Virus record (IMG/VR): IMGVR_UViG_3300031788_000007
Coordinates: 14,983 to 78,982 of that record
Origin: a virus
Length of the DNA: 64,000 nucleotides
Strand: one strand, 5' to 3'
Both the position numbers and the translations under genes were made by a program. Of the stretch, positions 52,330 through 61,969 are shown piece after piece. Every line of letters begins with the position of its first letter. Positions within the stretch are counted from its first letter, which is position 1. Below the pieces are notes generated by a model. The model did no database searches. It saw only the letters and a program-made list of their open reading frames with translations, and was not told the origin of the DNA.

Positions 52330-53790
52330 ATGTCGACGAATTTGGTAGCGGTACAGAGAGATACGCGGCTGGCAATTCCGGCGCCGGAGTTCTCAAACGA
52401 GCAGATCAAGCTCCTGGCTGAAACGGTTGCGAAAGGCTGCGACCAGAACGAACTTGCGTTTTTCTTGCAAGTGGCGAAGCTGAAGCGGCTGGACCCATTC
52501 AGTGGGCAGATCCACGTAGTTAAGCGGTGGGATAGTTCACTCGGCAAAGAGAAGATGACCGTGCAAACTGGAATCGACGGCTACAGAGCGATTGCGTCGA
52601 GGACCGATGACCTAGCCGGCATCGACGATGCAGAGTACGACACGGACGTTGAGGAGCATCCGAACTGGGCAAAGATTACCGTCTACCGCTACGGCCGCGG
52701 CGATGAGAAGGTTCCCTACAAGGCGACGGCTCGGTGGGGAGAGTACGTCCAGATGTACAAGGACAAACAGACCAGCGAGATGAAGCCGAACCCGATGTGG
52801 AAGCGGATGCCGTACCTGATGTTGGGAAAGGTAGCTGAGGCCCTGGCGCTCCGCAAGGCATTTCCAGACGAACTGAGCGGCATGTACACGAATGAGGAGA
52901 TGGGTCAGGCCGACAATGAGACTCCCGGCATAACTCCAGCCTCCGTAGCGAAGCCGCAGGTGGCGATGCCGAAGAGCACTGACGAGAAGAAGCCTCCAGT
53001 GCAGACGCAACAGCAAAGGAAGGCCGAGGCCAGCCGCGAGTCGAAGGAGGCGGACACGAAGACCGCAGCGACGACGACTGGTTCAACTCATGGTGGGAAC
53101 TCTGCCGCGACTAGCCAGCAGGAAGCTCCGTTGGAGAAGCTCTCTGGAGAGATTGCCACCGTGACCCCAGGCAAGAACGGAGTGGTAGTCCTTGCGGTAA
53201 ATGGAAACGCTGTAGTTATTCCTGCTCGGCTGGCGACCGACGATTTGGTTGTGGGCGCCAAGATTCTCTGCTCAGTTTTGAAGGTCACCATCAGAGGCAA
53301 CAAGTTGCTGGAGGCTCGGGAGATCGAGATTGTAGTTCCGCCCGTGCAGGAAGGTGAGATCATCGACGCGGAGTATACGGACGTGGACCCGCAGCAAGTA
53401 GGGAGCACGGAAGAAGCCAAGCCGAAGGGTCCAGATCCCGTTCTTGAGGAAGCGAGGGCGGCCGGGCTGGGTGGAATCTTCGACGATGCGCCGAAGCAGA
53501 CGAAAGCAGCGGAGAATCCAGGTACAGAGGCGCCGGCGGCAACCGAGGCGACGAAGCCGGGGACGGCTGGATTGAAGCGGGCTCAGAGGCTCCATACGCT
53601 CATTAGCCAGAATCACAAAAATACTCTCTTCACAGAGGAGCTTTTGAAGAAGTATCTCGCCACGCAGCGGATTGAGCACGCGAGAGACTTGGCTTGCCCA
53701 CCAAAGGGATCGGAAGCCTTCAACGCCTACGATTACGCTTGCTCTATGGCGGTTGGAGAGGTGGACTGGCACGAGATTTTGGAGGATTGA
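52330..53790 (+). CDS. bet: Bet/RecT-family single-strand annealing protein with long C-terminal extension
   Basis: ELAFFL..LDPF..QIH, TGIDGYRAIA, MWKRMP.LML.KVAEALALRKAFP..LSGMY..EEM. Confidence 0.92.
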   Translation: MSTNLVAVQRDTRLAIPAPEFSNEQIKLLAETVAKGCDQNELAFFLQVAKLKRLDPFSGQIHVVKRWDSSLGKEKMTVQTGIDGYRAIASRTDDLAGIDDAEYDTDVEEHPNWAKITVYRYGRGDEKVPYKATARWGEYVQMYKDKQTSEMKPNPMWKRMPYLMLGKVAEALALRKAFPDELSGMYTNEEMGQADNETPGITPASVAKPQVAMPKSTDEKKPPVQTQQQRKAEASRESKEADTKTAATTTGSTHGGNSAATSQQEAPLEKLSGEIATVTPGKNGVVVLAVNGNAVVIPARLATDDLVVGAKILCSVLKVTIRGNKLLEAREIEIVVPPVQEGEIIDAEYTDVDPQQVGSTEEAKPKGPDPVLEEARAAGLGGIFDDAPKQTKAAENPGTEAPAATEATKPGTAGLKRAQRLHTLISQNHKNTLFTEELLKKYLATQRIEHARDLACPPKGSEAFNAYDYACSMAVGEVDWHEILED

Positions 53791-53916
53791 GTTCGGCAGG
53801 AACGAAAAGGGAGAGAGTCCCGCTGCCGATAGGGTACTGGTTCAGTTCAGGCCGGGCATTCCGTGGGGCGCGTATCCGGTGAACCCAAGACGCGCAATTC
53901 AAGCGAGGAGGCAACT

Positions 53917-54156
53917 ATGCCAGTAGATGTAGAGGGTAAGGTAAAGAGGATCATCGCCGCGCAATTGCTGGTGGACGATGACGAAGTGACGCCGGGAGCG
54001 AACTTAAAGGACGACCTGGGCGCCGACTCACTTGATGTGATTGAGTTGGTTATGCAAGTCGAGGAAGAGTTCGACCTTGAGATTCCCGACGAAGACGCAG
54101 AAAACGTGCGAACAGTGAAGGACATCTTGGACTACGTTAATACCAGGGTGAAGTAA
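53917..54156 (+). CDS. acpP: Acyl carrier protein
   Basis: [31 protein letters not shown]. Confidence 0.95.
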   Translation: MPVDVEGKVKRIIAAQLLVDDDEVTPGANLKDDLGADSLDVIELVMQVEEEFDLEIPDEDAENVRTVKDILDYVNTRVK

Positions 54157-54276
54157 GCGGGAGGGGTGTTCTCCCGCGGCCGCTTTAGGCTGGAAGAGGT
54201 CCACTCGGGGAAGGTGGTCCGTACCAGTACCGGGAGCGGCCTCGGGAGCACATTCAAACCAGAGGAGGAAACAAAC

Positions 54277-54510
54277 ATGGCAATGGAATGGACAGATGTA
54301 GAGAGTTCGCAGATCGTGCGGATTGGATATGATGCGGAGACGCTGAAGGCCCAGGTCGCGTTTAAGGACAAAAGATCTGGCGGCGTGCAATCAACTTACG
54401 AGTACGACCAAGTGGGCCAGGACGTGATCGACCGGATCATCAACTCAGACAGCGTGGGAAGAGCCTTCGCGGCTGAACTCAAGTATGGCTTTAATTATCG
54501 TCGGCTCTAG
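54277..54510 (+). CDS. KTSC-domain protein
   Basis: VESSQIVRIGYD...YEYDQV...SDSVGRAF. Confidence 0.85.
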   Translation: MAMEWTDVESSQIVRIGYDAETLKAQVAFKDKRSGGVQSTYEYDQVGQDVIDRIINSDSVGRAFAAELKYGFNYRRL

Positions 54511-54519
54511 ACGCGGGAG

Positions 54520-54726
54520 GTGGGGATGGCAGCAACCAAAAAAACGAAGGTGATTGCAAGCGGGGTATCGCCGAATCTACAAAAGGCGATCGACTCTGAG
54601 TGGACCGCAACGGAGCGGTCTGACGATGCGGAGGAGGCTCTTCTACGTGAGCTTCACTACCACATGCTGCGAGTGGCTGAACTGAAGAGGTTCCTCCATG
54701 GATGCGGCATGACCGGGGACGAGTAG
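54520..54726 (+). CDS. Hypothetical protein
   Basis: GGAGG RBS. Confidence 0.5.
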   Translation: MGMAATKKTKVIASGVSPNLQKAIDSEWTATERSDDAEEALLRELHYHMLRVAELKRFLHGCGMTGDE

Positions 54727-54728
54727 GG

Positions 54729-54741
54729 TCTAAATTTTGGA
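54729..54741. repeat. Dispersed palindrome copy 13, one mismatch (TCTAAATTTTGGA)
   Basis: 2 nt after TAG 54724-54726, before the RBS of 54756. Confidence 0.85.
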
Positions 54742-54755
54742 GTGGGGAGGTAGGC

Positions 54756-54962
54756 ATGGCAATCAACGTTTGCGAAGATCATGAAGACGCAATTTGTGTG
54801 TGGATCTACGGTAGAGAGTGTCCATTTTGCAATGTGGTTAAGCAGGTTGAATCCCTGAAAGAGAAACTGGAGGAGTCGCAGGATCAAACTGCAAATGCAG
54901 AGGATCGGCTGCGCGAGGTACAAGCAGAACTTACCGAAGCAAATGAGCGCATAGCAGAGTAA
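54756..54962 (+). CDS. Small Zn-finger/coiled-coil protein
   Basis: CEDH..CPFC then coiled coil. Confidence 0.6.
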   Translation: MAINVCEDHEDAICVWIYGRECPFCNVVKQVESLKEKLEESQDQTANAEDRLREVQAELTEANERIAE

Positions 54963-54975
54963 GTGAGGGGGTTCA

Positions 54976-55641
54976 ATGGGGAGCGAGTTATGGGGAGAGA
55001 AGATAGAGGGCGGCTGGTACGACGACTCCAGGCACATATACAGGGATGACGGTGGGGTAATCACTCCGTCGGTCACTGGCGTCTTCGATGCTCTCGGTTT
55101 GAGCGACTTCTCGATGATTGCTCCCGACGTTTTGGAGTGGAAGCGCGGCTTCGGTAGCGCGGTCCATAAGGGCGTCGAGTTACTCGCCTTCGGGAAACTG
55201 GACTGGGATAGTTGCCCAGACGAAATCATCCCGGCGATTGTCGGAGTTGAAAGCTGGCTGAAGGCAGTCCAATATCAGCCGATAGCCGCAGAGGAAAAGA
55301 AAATCATCACCCTCAATGGAATGAAGATAGGGGGGACTCTTGACCATCGCGGTTCACTGGTATACAAAGGGAAGCGTCGACCCTGCATCATTGATTTGAA
55401 GACTGGCAGCAAGGTCAGTGAGACGTGGACCTGGCAGGTGGGGGCATACTCAGGTGGGGCTCCGAAGTTAGATGGGGATGTCTACGTGGGCTGCGCTCTC
55501 CAGATCGGCAAGGACGGAGATGTGAACCCTACTTGGGTGGACACGTTAAAGGCAAAGCAGAACTTCATCATCCTGTTAGCGGCTGCGAACTTAGCCGTCA
55601 ACGCGAAACTGGCGAAATTCAAAAACATGGAAGAAGGGTAA
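54976..55641 (+). CDS. PD-(D/E)XK exonuclease (probable partner of Bet)
   Basis: PSVT, GSAVH, GGTLD, IIDLKTG, QVGAY. Confidence 0.88.
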   Translation: MGSELWGEKIEGGWYDDSRHIYRDDGGVITPSVTGVFDALGLSDFSMIAPDVLEWKRGFGSAVHKGVELLAFGKLDWDSCPDEIIPAIVGVESWLKAVQYQPIAAEEKKIITLNGMKIGGTLDHRGSLVYKGKRRPCIIDLKTGSKVSETWTWQVGAYSGGAPKLDGDVYVGCALQIGKDGDVNPTWVDTLKAKQNFIILLAAANLAVNAKLAKFKNMEEG

Positions 55642-55654
55642 CGAGGAGGAAATC

Positions 55655-56413
55655 ATGGGGACAACAGCATTGGCAACAGTAGGCACCACAGAGTTGATTT
55701 TGGGGCAGATGACGACCCTGCTCAAGCCTGAAGGGGATTACGAGAAGCGCAAAATCTCCCTTCACAACGAGTACGCGCCGATTGTGGTGAACGCTTCAAA
55801 GATCACGGCGATCACAACCGAGGAACAGGCTCAGGAGGCCGCGAACTTCGGCAGGTTGCTACAGGCCGGGGCGAAGGAACTTGAGACGTTCTTCAAGTCG
55901 ATCAAGGTCAAGTGCGATGCGATCAAGAATCCGATCCTTGCAGACGAGAAGGCGGAAAACAAGCCGCTGGACGACGAGAGGAAGCGCCTGGGGGTACTTC
56001 TGACGGCGTGGAACCAAGAGGTCCAACGGAAGGCTCAGGAAGCGCAACGGAAGGCCGAGGAAGAGGCGCGGAAGGTTGCCGAGGAGGAAGCTCTACAGCG
56101 TGCGATCGAACTTGCTGCGGCCGGCGAGGATGATGCGGCTGAGGCTGTTCTGGAAGAGCCTATCGTAGCGGCTCCAGTGGTCGTACAGGCGGCCTACGCG
56201 AAGCCGACAGGAAGTGTAGGCCGGAAGTACTACAAGTGCAAGGTGACGGACTTCAAGGCGCTTGTGGCGGCTGTGGCGGCGGGGACGGTTCCACTCATGG
56301 CCCTGGAAGCGAACACCGCCTTTTTGAACAATCAGGCAGACCAGTTCAAAGATGCGTTTGCGTTCCCTGGCTGCGCTCTGGACACGACTTCGAGTACGTC
56401 TTTCAGGGCTTAG
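55655..56413 (+). CDS. Coiled-coil recombination-region protein
   Basis: Long heptad-rich helix and FPG C-terminus, common next to phage exonucleases. Confidence 0.65.
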   Translation: MGTTALATVGTTELILGQMTTLLKPEGDYEKRKISLHNEYAPIVVNASKITAITTEEQAQEAANFGRLLQAGAKELETFFKSIKVKCDAIKNPILADEKAENKPLDDERKRLGVLLTAWNQEVQRKAQEAQRKAEEEARKVAEEEALQRAIELAAAGEDDAAEAVLEEPIVAAPVVVQAAYAKPTGSVGRKYYKCKVTDFKALVAAVAAGTVPLMALEANTAFLNNQADQFKDAFAFPGCALDTTSSTSFRA

Positions 56414-56414
56414 T

Positions 56415-56786
56415 ATGGCCGGCAAGAGCAACGTCCAAACCGCAATAGAGAGAGCAAGGGAGAAGTACGGGGAAGACCCTCCCTTGCTCCAGCGGGTATG
56501 TTTGGTTCACGGAATATCGGTGAGGGACTTCGCTGCGATCTTCAAAATATCGAAGACACATGCAGCCGAGATTATCGCTCACCGGAAGTTGCCCGACTTA
56601 GAGTTGGCGGTGAGGATCAGCCGTTACTGGGAAGTCGAGGTTGAGGAGTTGTTTGGATGGAGAATTGACGACGACGGCGCACGAAGACCTTTGTTGGTGA
56701 TTGATCCATCTACGGGGCAGGTACGGAAGTTGGTGGGGCAGAATCGGACTGGGGCGATTGATGTGGCGTTAGGGGGACGGCATTGA
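56415..56786 (+). CDS. XRE HTH protein
   Basis: SVRDFAAIFKISKT...PDLELAVRIS..VEELF. Confidence 0.75.
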   Translation: MAGKSNVQTAIERAREKYGEDPPLLQRVCLVHGISVRDFAAIFKISKTHAAEIIAHRKLPDLELAVRISRYWEVEVEELFGWRIDDDGARRPLLVIDPSTGQVRKLVGQNRTGAIDVALGGRH

Positions 56787-57037
56787 CGAGACGCAGTGGG
56801 TGGTTAGAGGCGCAGAAGAGGAAGGGGCGACCACCTGGGGCATACATACCCGAGGGGCCGACCGAGTGGGAGAAGTTCCTGAAGTCTATCAAGGTGACCG
56901 AAGGAAGGGCTGTTCAACTTGTTTCAGGGGAGTGCAGCCGGGCAGTTCTGATACGTTCATGGATTCGCAGTAACGCACGGAGCCGGTATTGTCCAGAGAA
57001 GGTGTTGGATAAGATGGGTTTCACGGTTGAGGTGTAA
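56783..57037 (+). CDS. Hypothetical protein
   Basis: Overlapping start. Confidence 0.5.
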   Translation: MTRRSGWLEAQKRKGRPPGAYIPEGPTEWEKFLKSIKVTEGRAVQLVSGECSRAVLIRSWIRSNARSRYCPEKVLDKMGFTVEV

Positions 57038-57043
57038 ATGCAG

Positions 57044-57072
57044 TTGCGGTGGTGGGGAGTAGTCCGTATACT
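57044..57072 (+). promoter_or_regulatory. Sigma70-like promoter
   Basis: TTGCGG-17-TATACT. Confidence 0.65.
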
Positions 57073-57180
57073 TCGGGTAGCCGGACCCCATCCGGTCAGC
57101 GGTCAGACCCCATCTGGCCGCGCCTCCTCGGCCGGGAGTTCGCAAGGATTCCCGGCCCCTCCAAACGAAGAGGTGATTGA

Positions 57181-57813
57181 ATGAAGATAATCATTGACAG
57201 TGAATTACTCGAAGGCTTGACGTACCGCGGCGTTCTCGCGCTTGTGGCGGTGACGGCGCTTGGGGACGGGCTCTGGACTACGGCGCAGTTGGCACAGGCG
57301 GTGTCCTGCAACTCATCGCTGATGCTTGAGGGGATGGGAGAGCTTCACACGGCGGCGCCGGGGCTGGTAGCGAAGCAGGTGAAGATGAAGTGGCCTGTGG
57401 GGACCGGAGTAGCAAACGAATTTCAACTCCAAATTTTGGACTCGGCCGCGAGCCGGAGGACGGACTTCCTCGACGACGTGAAGGCTATCTTTGAGTGGGG
57501 GAACAAGGGGTTACAGTTCACGATGAACGCGGCAGACGGCCTAGCCGTGCAGCGGTGGCTCAAGGAGCGCAAGGACTGGACTCGGGAGATGTGGAGGGTG
57601 GCTTTGCGGAATCGGTTCTTGAGTGAGGGGATCGTGAAGTCGCAGCCGATTCATCTGTGGCTTGGGCGGTTGGTGGAGTATCTGGAGGCACCGTTGGACA
57701 GGTTCGGGAAGTTGATGCCGAACGGGGTGGGAGGGAAGCATGGTGCGGCAATTGGAACAGAAAACAGCAATCGTCAGGCGCGAGAGATCGCAATTGCAGA
57801 ATTGTCCAACTGA
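57181..57813 (+). CDS. Putative replication initiator-like protein
   Basis: N-terminal wHTH-like segment; position upstream of loader-like gene and dnaB. Confidence 0.5.
   Translation: MKIIIDSELLEGLTYRGVLALVAVTALGDGLWTTAQLAQAVSCNSSLMLEGMGELHTAAPGLVAKQVKMKWPVGTGVANEFQLQILDSAASRRTDFLDDVKAIFEWGNKGLQFTMNAADGLAVQRWLKERKDWTREMWRVALRNRFLSEGIVKSQPIHLWLGRLVEYLEAPLDRFGKLMPNGVGGKHGAAIGTENSNRQAREIAIAELSN
57428..57440. repeat. Dispersed palindrome copy 14 (in CDS, LQILDS)
   Basis: AC-TCCAAATTTTGGA-CT. Confidence 0.97.
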
Positions 57814-58030
57814 AGCCGAAGAAAAAGCTTCGGTAATTACCTGCTACGTCCAGAAGTATGCTGCAATAGCGGGAAGGGCTGTCACCCCGGAGGTCTTCAA
57901 AATTTACGTCGAATCCTTGAGCCGGTACGAGATTCGGCGGCTAGAGAAGGGGTTGAAGTCTTATTTGGAACAGGGAACGAGGTTTCCCTGGCCGGGAGAT
58001 TTGGCGGATTATTGCGATGACGAGGTGTAG
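57740..58030 (+). CDS. Helicase-loader/inhibitor-like protein (FPxP motif); start uncertain
   Basis: YVESL...RFPWPGDL. Confidence 0.55.
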   Translation: MVRQLEQKTAIVRRERSQLQNCPTEAEEKASVITCYVQKYAAIAGRAVTPEVFKIYVESLSRYEIRRLEKGLKSYLEQGTRFPWPGDLADYCDDEV

Positions 58031-58110
58031 CGGGGTTCGAGGAGTGTCTGAGGACGGCGACAAGTTTTCCGTGGCCTGCCGAGATTCGGGATGCAAGCGA
58101 GTTGGGGTGA
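58030..58110 (+). pseudogene. Out-of-frame relic of an alternative 3' end of the preceding gene
   Basis: Reads AGFEECLRTATSFPWPAEIRDASELG*, aligning with GLKSYLEQGTRFPWPGDLADYCDDEV*. Confidence 0.7.
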
Positions 58111-58382
58111 GGAGGGGGATTTGATAACACCATCAGAGGCATATCCAGCATGGGAATTGGGAGCGGTGATAGTATTTGCCTGCTCCATCGCTCTTTCCCC
58201 GCTTATCTTCGGCGGCCGTCGTGAGGTTGAGTACGACTGTGATCTGTGTGGGCGTCATGTGAAGACAAAGGGATGGGAGTGCGGAAAAGCAGCAGCGGGT
58301 CATGTTTGCGGCGAGTGCTCGAAGCATGAAGATGCTCAACGGCGGCATTACGCGGCGATTGATCGGAGAAAGTGAGGAGGGG

Positions 58383-58685
58383 ATGATGGGGTACAAATTG
58401 GTGGTGGAGTGTGAGGTCTGCGGTAAGGAATTCAAAGTGAAGGCCCGTAAGAATCGGAGGGAGTACGGCTGGGGATCAGATCAAGACACCTACGTTTCGT
58501 GTTGCTTTAGTCTGATGACAGAAGAGCAGAGATTGAAAGTCGAAGGGAACCTGGACGATTCAGAACTCTACTTTGAAACCGTATGTGACCCATGCCGTAC
58601 AGTTATTCGGGACTCGGTGAAGGGCGCAATATCCAAACTGAGTGAAGGAGCATTAGCCCGACTGAGAAAGAGAGCGCGTAAGTAA
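58383..58685 (+). CDS. Zinc-finger protein
   Basis: CEVCG...VCDPC; GAGGAGG RBS. Confidence 0.6.
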   Translation: MMGYKLVVECEVCGKEFKVKARKNRREYGWGSDQDTYVSCCFSLMTEEQRLKVEGNLDDSELYFETVCDPCRTVIRDSVKGAISKLSEGALARLRKRARK

Positions 58686-60109
58686 TGGGGAAGCAAGTCA
58701 AACAACTGACAGCCGGTATCCCGCAGGACGTACAGGCAGAGATGGCCGTGCTTGGGACGTTATTGTTGGAGAACGATGTATTCTTCGACGCGATCGGAGA
58801 CCTGTCGACAGCGGACTTCAGCCTTGAATCTCACGGGCGAATCTTCGGCTGCATTGCGTCGATCATGGAAGGCATGGAAGAGGGGGTCAGTCACGCCGAC
58901 ATTGTGACGCTCCAGCACGTCCTTCGCAAACGCGGGGAACTTGGGGCCGTAGGAGGGTCAGCATACCTCGCAGGGTTGACCGAGAACCTTCCACGGCGGT
59001 TGAACATCGAGGAACACGTCAAGATCATTCGAGAGAAGGCGAAACTCCGGCTCTTGATGGAGGTGGGGAAGAATCTCTATCAGGCTGCCGAGGATCAGTT
59101 TGCGGATTCGAGTCGATTGATAGAGGGTGTACAGGAGCGGCTGATACGGGCCGTTGCCGATGAGAAGTCGGACGCGGTGATGGCCGCAGAGGTGGTAGGA
59201 ACCATCGAGGCTGGGATTCTGGCGAAGCGGAACCAGAACCTTGAGAAGACGGCACTGGACCTCACGTGGGGCATCGAGGCTCTGGACCAGAAGACCAAGG
59301 GCATCCACCCAGGAGGGCTGACGATCATAGCCGGCGACTCGGGAGGGTACAAAACCTCAATGATGATGCAGATTGCTTTGGCGAACGCGATGGAAGGAAC
59401 TCCGGTAGGGATATTCTCTCTTGAGATGACCAAGGAGAAGTTACTCGCCAGGCTCTACACGTTGCTGGCCGACACGCTGACCACGGACCACATGAGCGAC
59501 CCTCGTTTGATGAACATTCACACGCACGTTCCCGAGTTGAAGCGGATTTCGGAGATGATAGCCAAACTGCCGATAGTCGTTGACGACACATCGCCGTTGA
59601 CGATACAAAAACTTAGAGCCCGCGCCAAAATGATGAGGCGGAAGCACAAGGTCAGAATCATTGGAGTAGACTACCTTCAATTGCTGGAGTGTCCGGGGAA
59701 GATGGGGGCCGACGAAACAAGGGGAGTAGTATTTGGTCTACGGGATCTCGCCAAAGGAGAACCCGATTGTGCAGTCATAGCTCTCTCGCAGTTCTCGAAG
59801 GAGCAGGGGTTTGTCAAGAAGAGGCGCAGGACCAAGGGGGACTTATATGGGGGATCAGCCATTCATCATGCCGCGCAGAATATCGCCATCATCACCATCG
59901 AAGACTCAGAGAAACGTGCGCCTGAAGATGACCTCGACGTAGAAATCATGATCGACAAGGACCGGGAAGGTCCGCGAGGAAGAGTCACCTGTCAGATGGA
60001 CAGGAAGAAGTCGAAGTTCATTTCATCAACCCAGAAGGAGATTCCATATGTCGCCAGCAGTTCTACAAATGCCACAGCCTACAAAAACCGAGCAGCCGGA
60101 CCCGATTGA
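58685..60109 (+). CDS. dnaB: Replicative DnaB-like helicase
   Basis: AEMAVLG, VGGSAYL, AGDSGGYKT, FSLEM, DYLQL, ALSQ, K.REGP. Confidence 0.92.
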   Translation: MGKQVKQLTAGIPQDVQAEMAVLGTLLLENDVFFDAIGDLSTADFSLESHGRIFGCIASIMEGMEEGVSHADIVTLQHVLRKRGELGAVGGSAYLAGLTENLPRRLNIEEHVKIIREKAKLRLLMEVGKNLYQAAEDQFADSSRLIEGVQERLIRAVADEKSDAVMAAEVVGTIEAGILAKRNQNLEKTALDLTWGIEALDQKTKGIHPGGLTIIAGDSGGYKTSMMMQIALANAMEGTPVGIFSLEMTKEKLLARLYTLLADTLTTDHMSDPRLMNIHTHVPELKRISEMIAKLPIVVDDTSPLTIQKLRARAKMMRRKHKVRIIGVDYLQLLECPGKMGADETRGVVFGLRDLAKGEPDCAVIALSQFSKEQGFVKKRRRTKGDLYGGSAIHHAAQNIAIITIEDSEKRAPEDDLDVEIMIDKDREGPRGRVTCQMDRKKSKFISSTQKEIPYVASSSTNATAYKNRAAGPD

Positions 60110-60872
60110 ACGTGAGCGGGAAGAGCAAGAAATCAAGATGCGGAAGGATGAAGCAGCCTTTCACTACAAGCAGATCAAACAGGCATCTGTCTTGCAGTCA
60201 CGGAACAGCCTGAGAATCGGCTTTCACGCACTCGCCTTGAAGGAGAAGAACCTGTGGGGCATCTTGGGGTTCAGGGATGAATCGGAGGCGCGAGAAGCCG
60301 CTCAAGTAGGCGAGTCGACGTGGTTCTCTACGATACGGCTGGCTGAGTGTTTCAAGGGGGTTCCAGAGGAACTCTTCACGGCGATGCGGCTTACCAACGC
60401 CAAGGCTCTCTCCGACCTCCCAGATGTGAAGCGGCAGGACCGGGACTGGCTGAAGGCCGCGGCAGACGACTCGCTGAAGGAGTTCCAAGCGAAGGTCGAC
60501 CTGGAGATGAACGGGAAGACGAAGGACTCGGACTCGAAGGAAGTCATCAGGACGTTCAAAACCACAATGCCTGAGAGCCAGATGAAGTCAGTTGAGCGGG
60601 GCATCAAGGAGTACGCTGTCTCGGTTGGGATTGATCCCGCCAATACTGGGAAGGTTTTAGAGACGATGGTGGCCGAGCACACGGGCGGCGCCGGTCTTAT
60701 CGGGACAATCACCACGGCCGTCCAGAGGGTCAAGGCGGCAAAGGAAGTGATCCACTCAGGTCGAAGCCTTGAAGAAGTCGTCGAGCAGGTGGAGAAGATG
60801 CTGGACGAGGTGGTGATAGACTTCGCTGCGGCATTGGAACAGGCTTCACAGCGCCAGAGTGAAGCGGCGTGA
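60048..60872 (+). CDS. Hypothetical helical protein, possibly DNA-binding
   Basis: AAGGAG RBS; 274 aa. Confidence 0.65.
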   Translation: MSPAVLQMPQPTKTEQPDPIEREREEQEIKMRKDEAAFHYKQIKQASVLQSRNSLRIGFHALALKEKNLWGILGFRDESEAREAAQVGESTWFSTIRLAECFKGVPEELFTAMRLTNAKALSDLPDVKRQDRDWLKAAADDSLKEFQAKVDLEMNGKTKDSDSKEVIRTFKTTMPESQMKSVERGIKEYAVSVGIDPANTGKVLETMVAEHTGGAGLIGTITTAVQRVKAAKEVIHSGRSLEEVVEQVEKMLDEVVIDFAAALEQASQRQSEAA

Positions 60873-61062
60873 GGTGGGTGGCGGTATGGAGTTTAAAACG
60901 GGGCATCGTTGACCCGCCCGAACCTGTCGACAATGTGACGCAGAGAATTCTCTCAGCCGAATACTTCCGAGCGATGTTGGACAGAGACCCTCCCTTGACG
61001 ATGGAGCAGTGGTGGGCTGAAGAGGGACGGCGTGGCGGGTACGAGAAGAGGAGGAAGATGGC

Positions 61063-61338
61063 ATGACAGAAATGAGACAGTTCGTGCCAGCGAGCGGGAG
61101 ATTCATTGGGGAGCCACCGAATACCGACAAAGATTACGTCGCATGGTGTCCGAAGTGTAGGCGTCGGCTACCGGAAGGTAAATGCGAAGGCTACGGGTTA
61201 GCGGGTGGAGGCGGCTGTGGGCACTACATCTACTGCAACAATCCCAAGTGTGACTGGTTTTATAAGTGGCTCGATGCGGACGAGACTGGAGGGGAACATG
61301 GACTCAATAAGCCCGGTACTGACGGAAGCAGAGGTTGA
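61063..61338 (+). CDS. Zinc-finger protein
   Basis: CPKC, GYGLAGGG, CNNPKC. Confidence 0.65.
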   Translation: MTEMRQFVPASGRFIGEPPNTDKDYVAWCPKCRRRLPEGKCEGYGLAGGGGCGHYIYCNNPKCDWFYKWLDADETGGEHGLNKPGTDGSRG

Positions 61339-61567
61339 AGCGGAGCAGGTGGTAGCTCTCGGGCAGGGGCAATACTACCCGATCATCGTTGCGCGGATAA
61401 GGTTCGCAGACGGCAGCATCAGTTCGATAGTCCGCTTTCGATTTACAGACGCCGAACGCGCCTTGATCGCGCAGGGAGCGGATTTGATTCTCGGGCAACC
61501 GCATCATCGCTCCATGATGCCGATGTCTACGCAACTGGCGATGCCGGGGGAGTATCCAAAAGCATGA
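61298..61567 (+). CDS. Hypothetical protein
   Basis: GGAGGGG RBS. Confidence 0.6.
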   Translation: MDSISPVLTEAEVEAEQVVALGQGQYYPIIVARIRFADGSISSIVRFRFTDAERALIAQGADLILGQPHHRSMMPMSTQLAMPGEYPKA

Positions 61568-61959
61568 GTGACCCCGAGTATATGCACAACTTTCTTCACC
61601 CCCCGAAGAAGCCGCCGAAGCCGATGATGAAGGTCTTCCCCGACAGCCGTGAGATTCTCGACCTGAAGACAAAGGCCGGATCGGATGAATACCAGCGGCG
61701 GAAATTGAAAATGTGGGACCGGCAGGGAAAGAGATGCGCCCTGATGATTACCGACATCTGCAAACAGCGCCAGGGCCGCTGGCCGAAGACCGAGACTCAA
61801 TTTGACCACGAGCATGGCCGTGGCGCAGGGAAGCAGGACGACAGAATCGAAGTGTTGAGGGACGGCAAGATGGTCCCGCAGAACGCGGCAGTTTGCCCTT
61901 GGTGCAATTCCGCAAAAGGCAGTAGGAAGATGGCGTACAACTACTTTGAAGCGCCATGA
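61564..61959 (+). CDS. HNH-family nuclease
   Basis: RQGKRCA...FDHEH...N.AVCPWCNSAKG. Confidence 0.75.
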   Translation: MSDPEYMHNFLHPPKKPPKPMMKVFPDSREILDLKTKAGSDEYQRRKLKMWDRQGKRCALMITDICKQRQGRWPKTETQFDHEHGRGAGKQDDRIEVLRDGKMVPQNAAVCPWCNSAKGSRKMAYNYFEAP

Positions 61960-61969
61960 GGAGGGGAAT

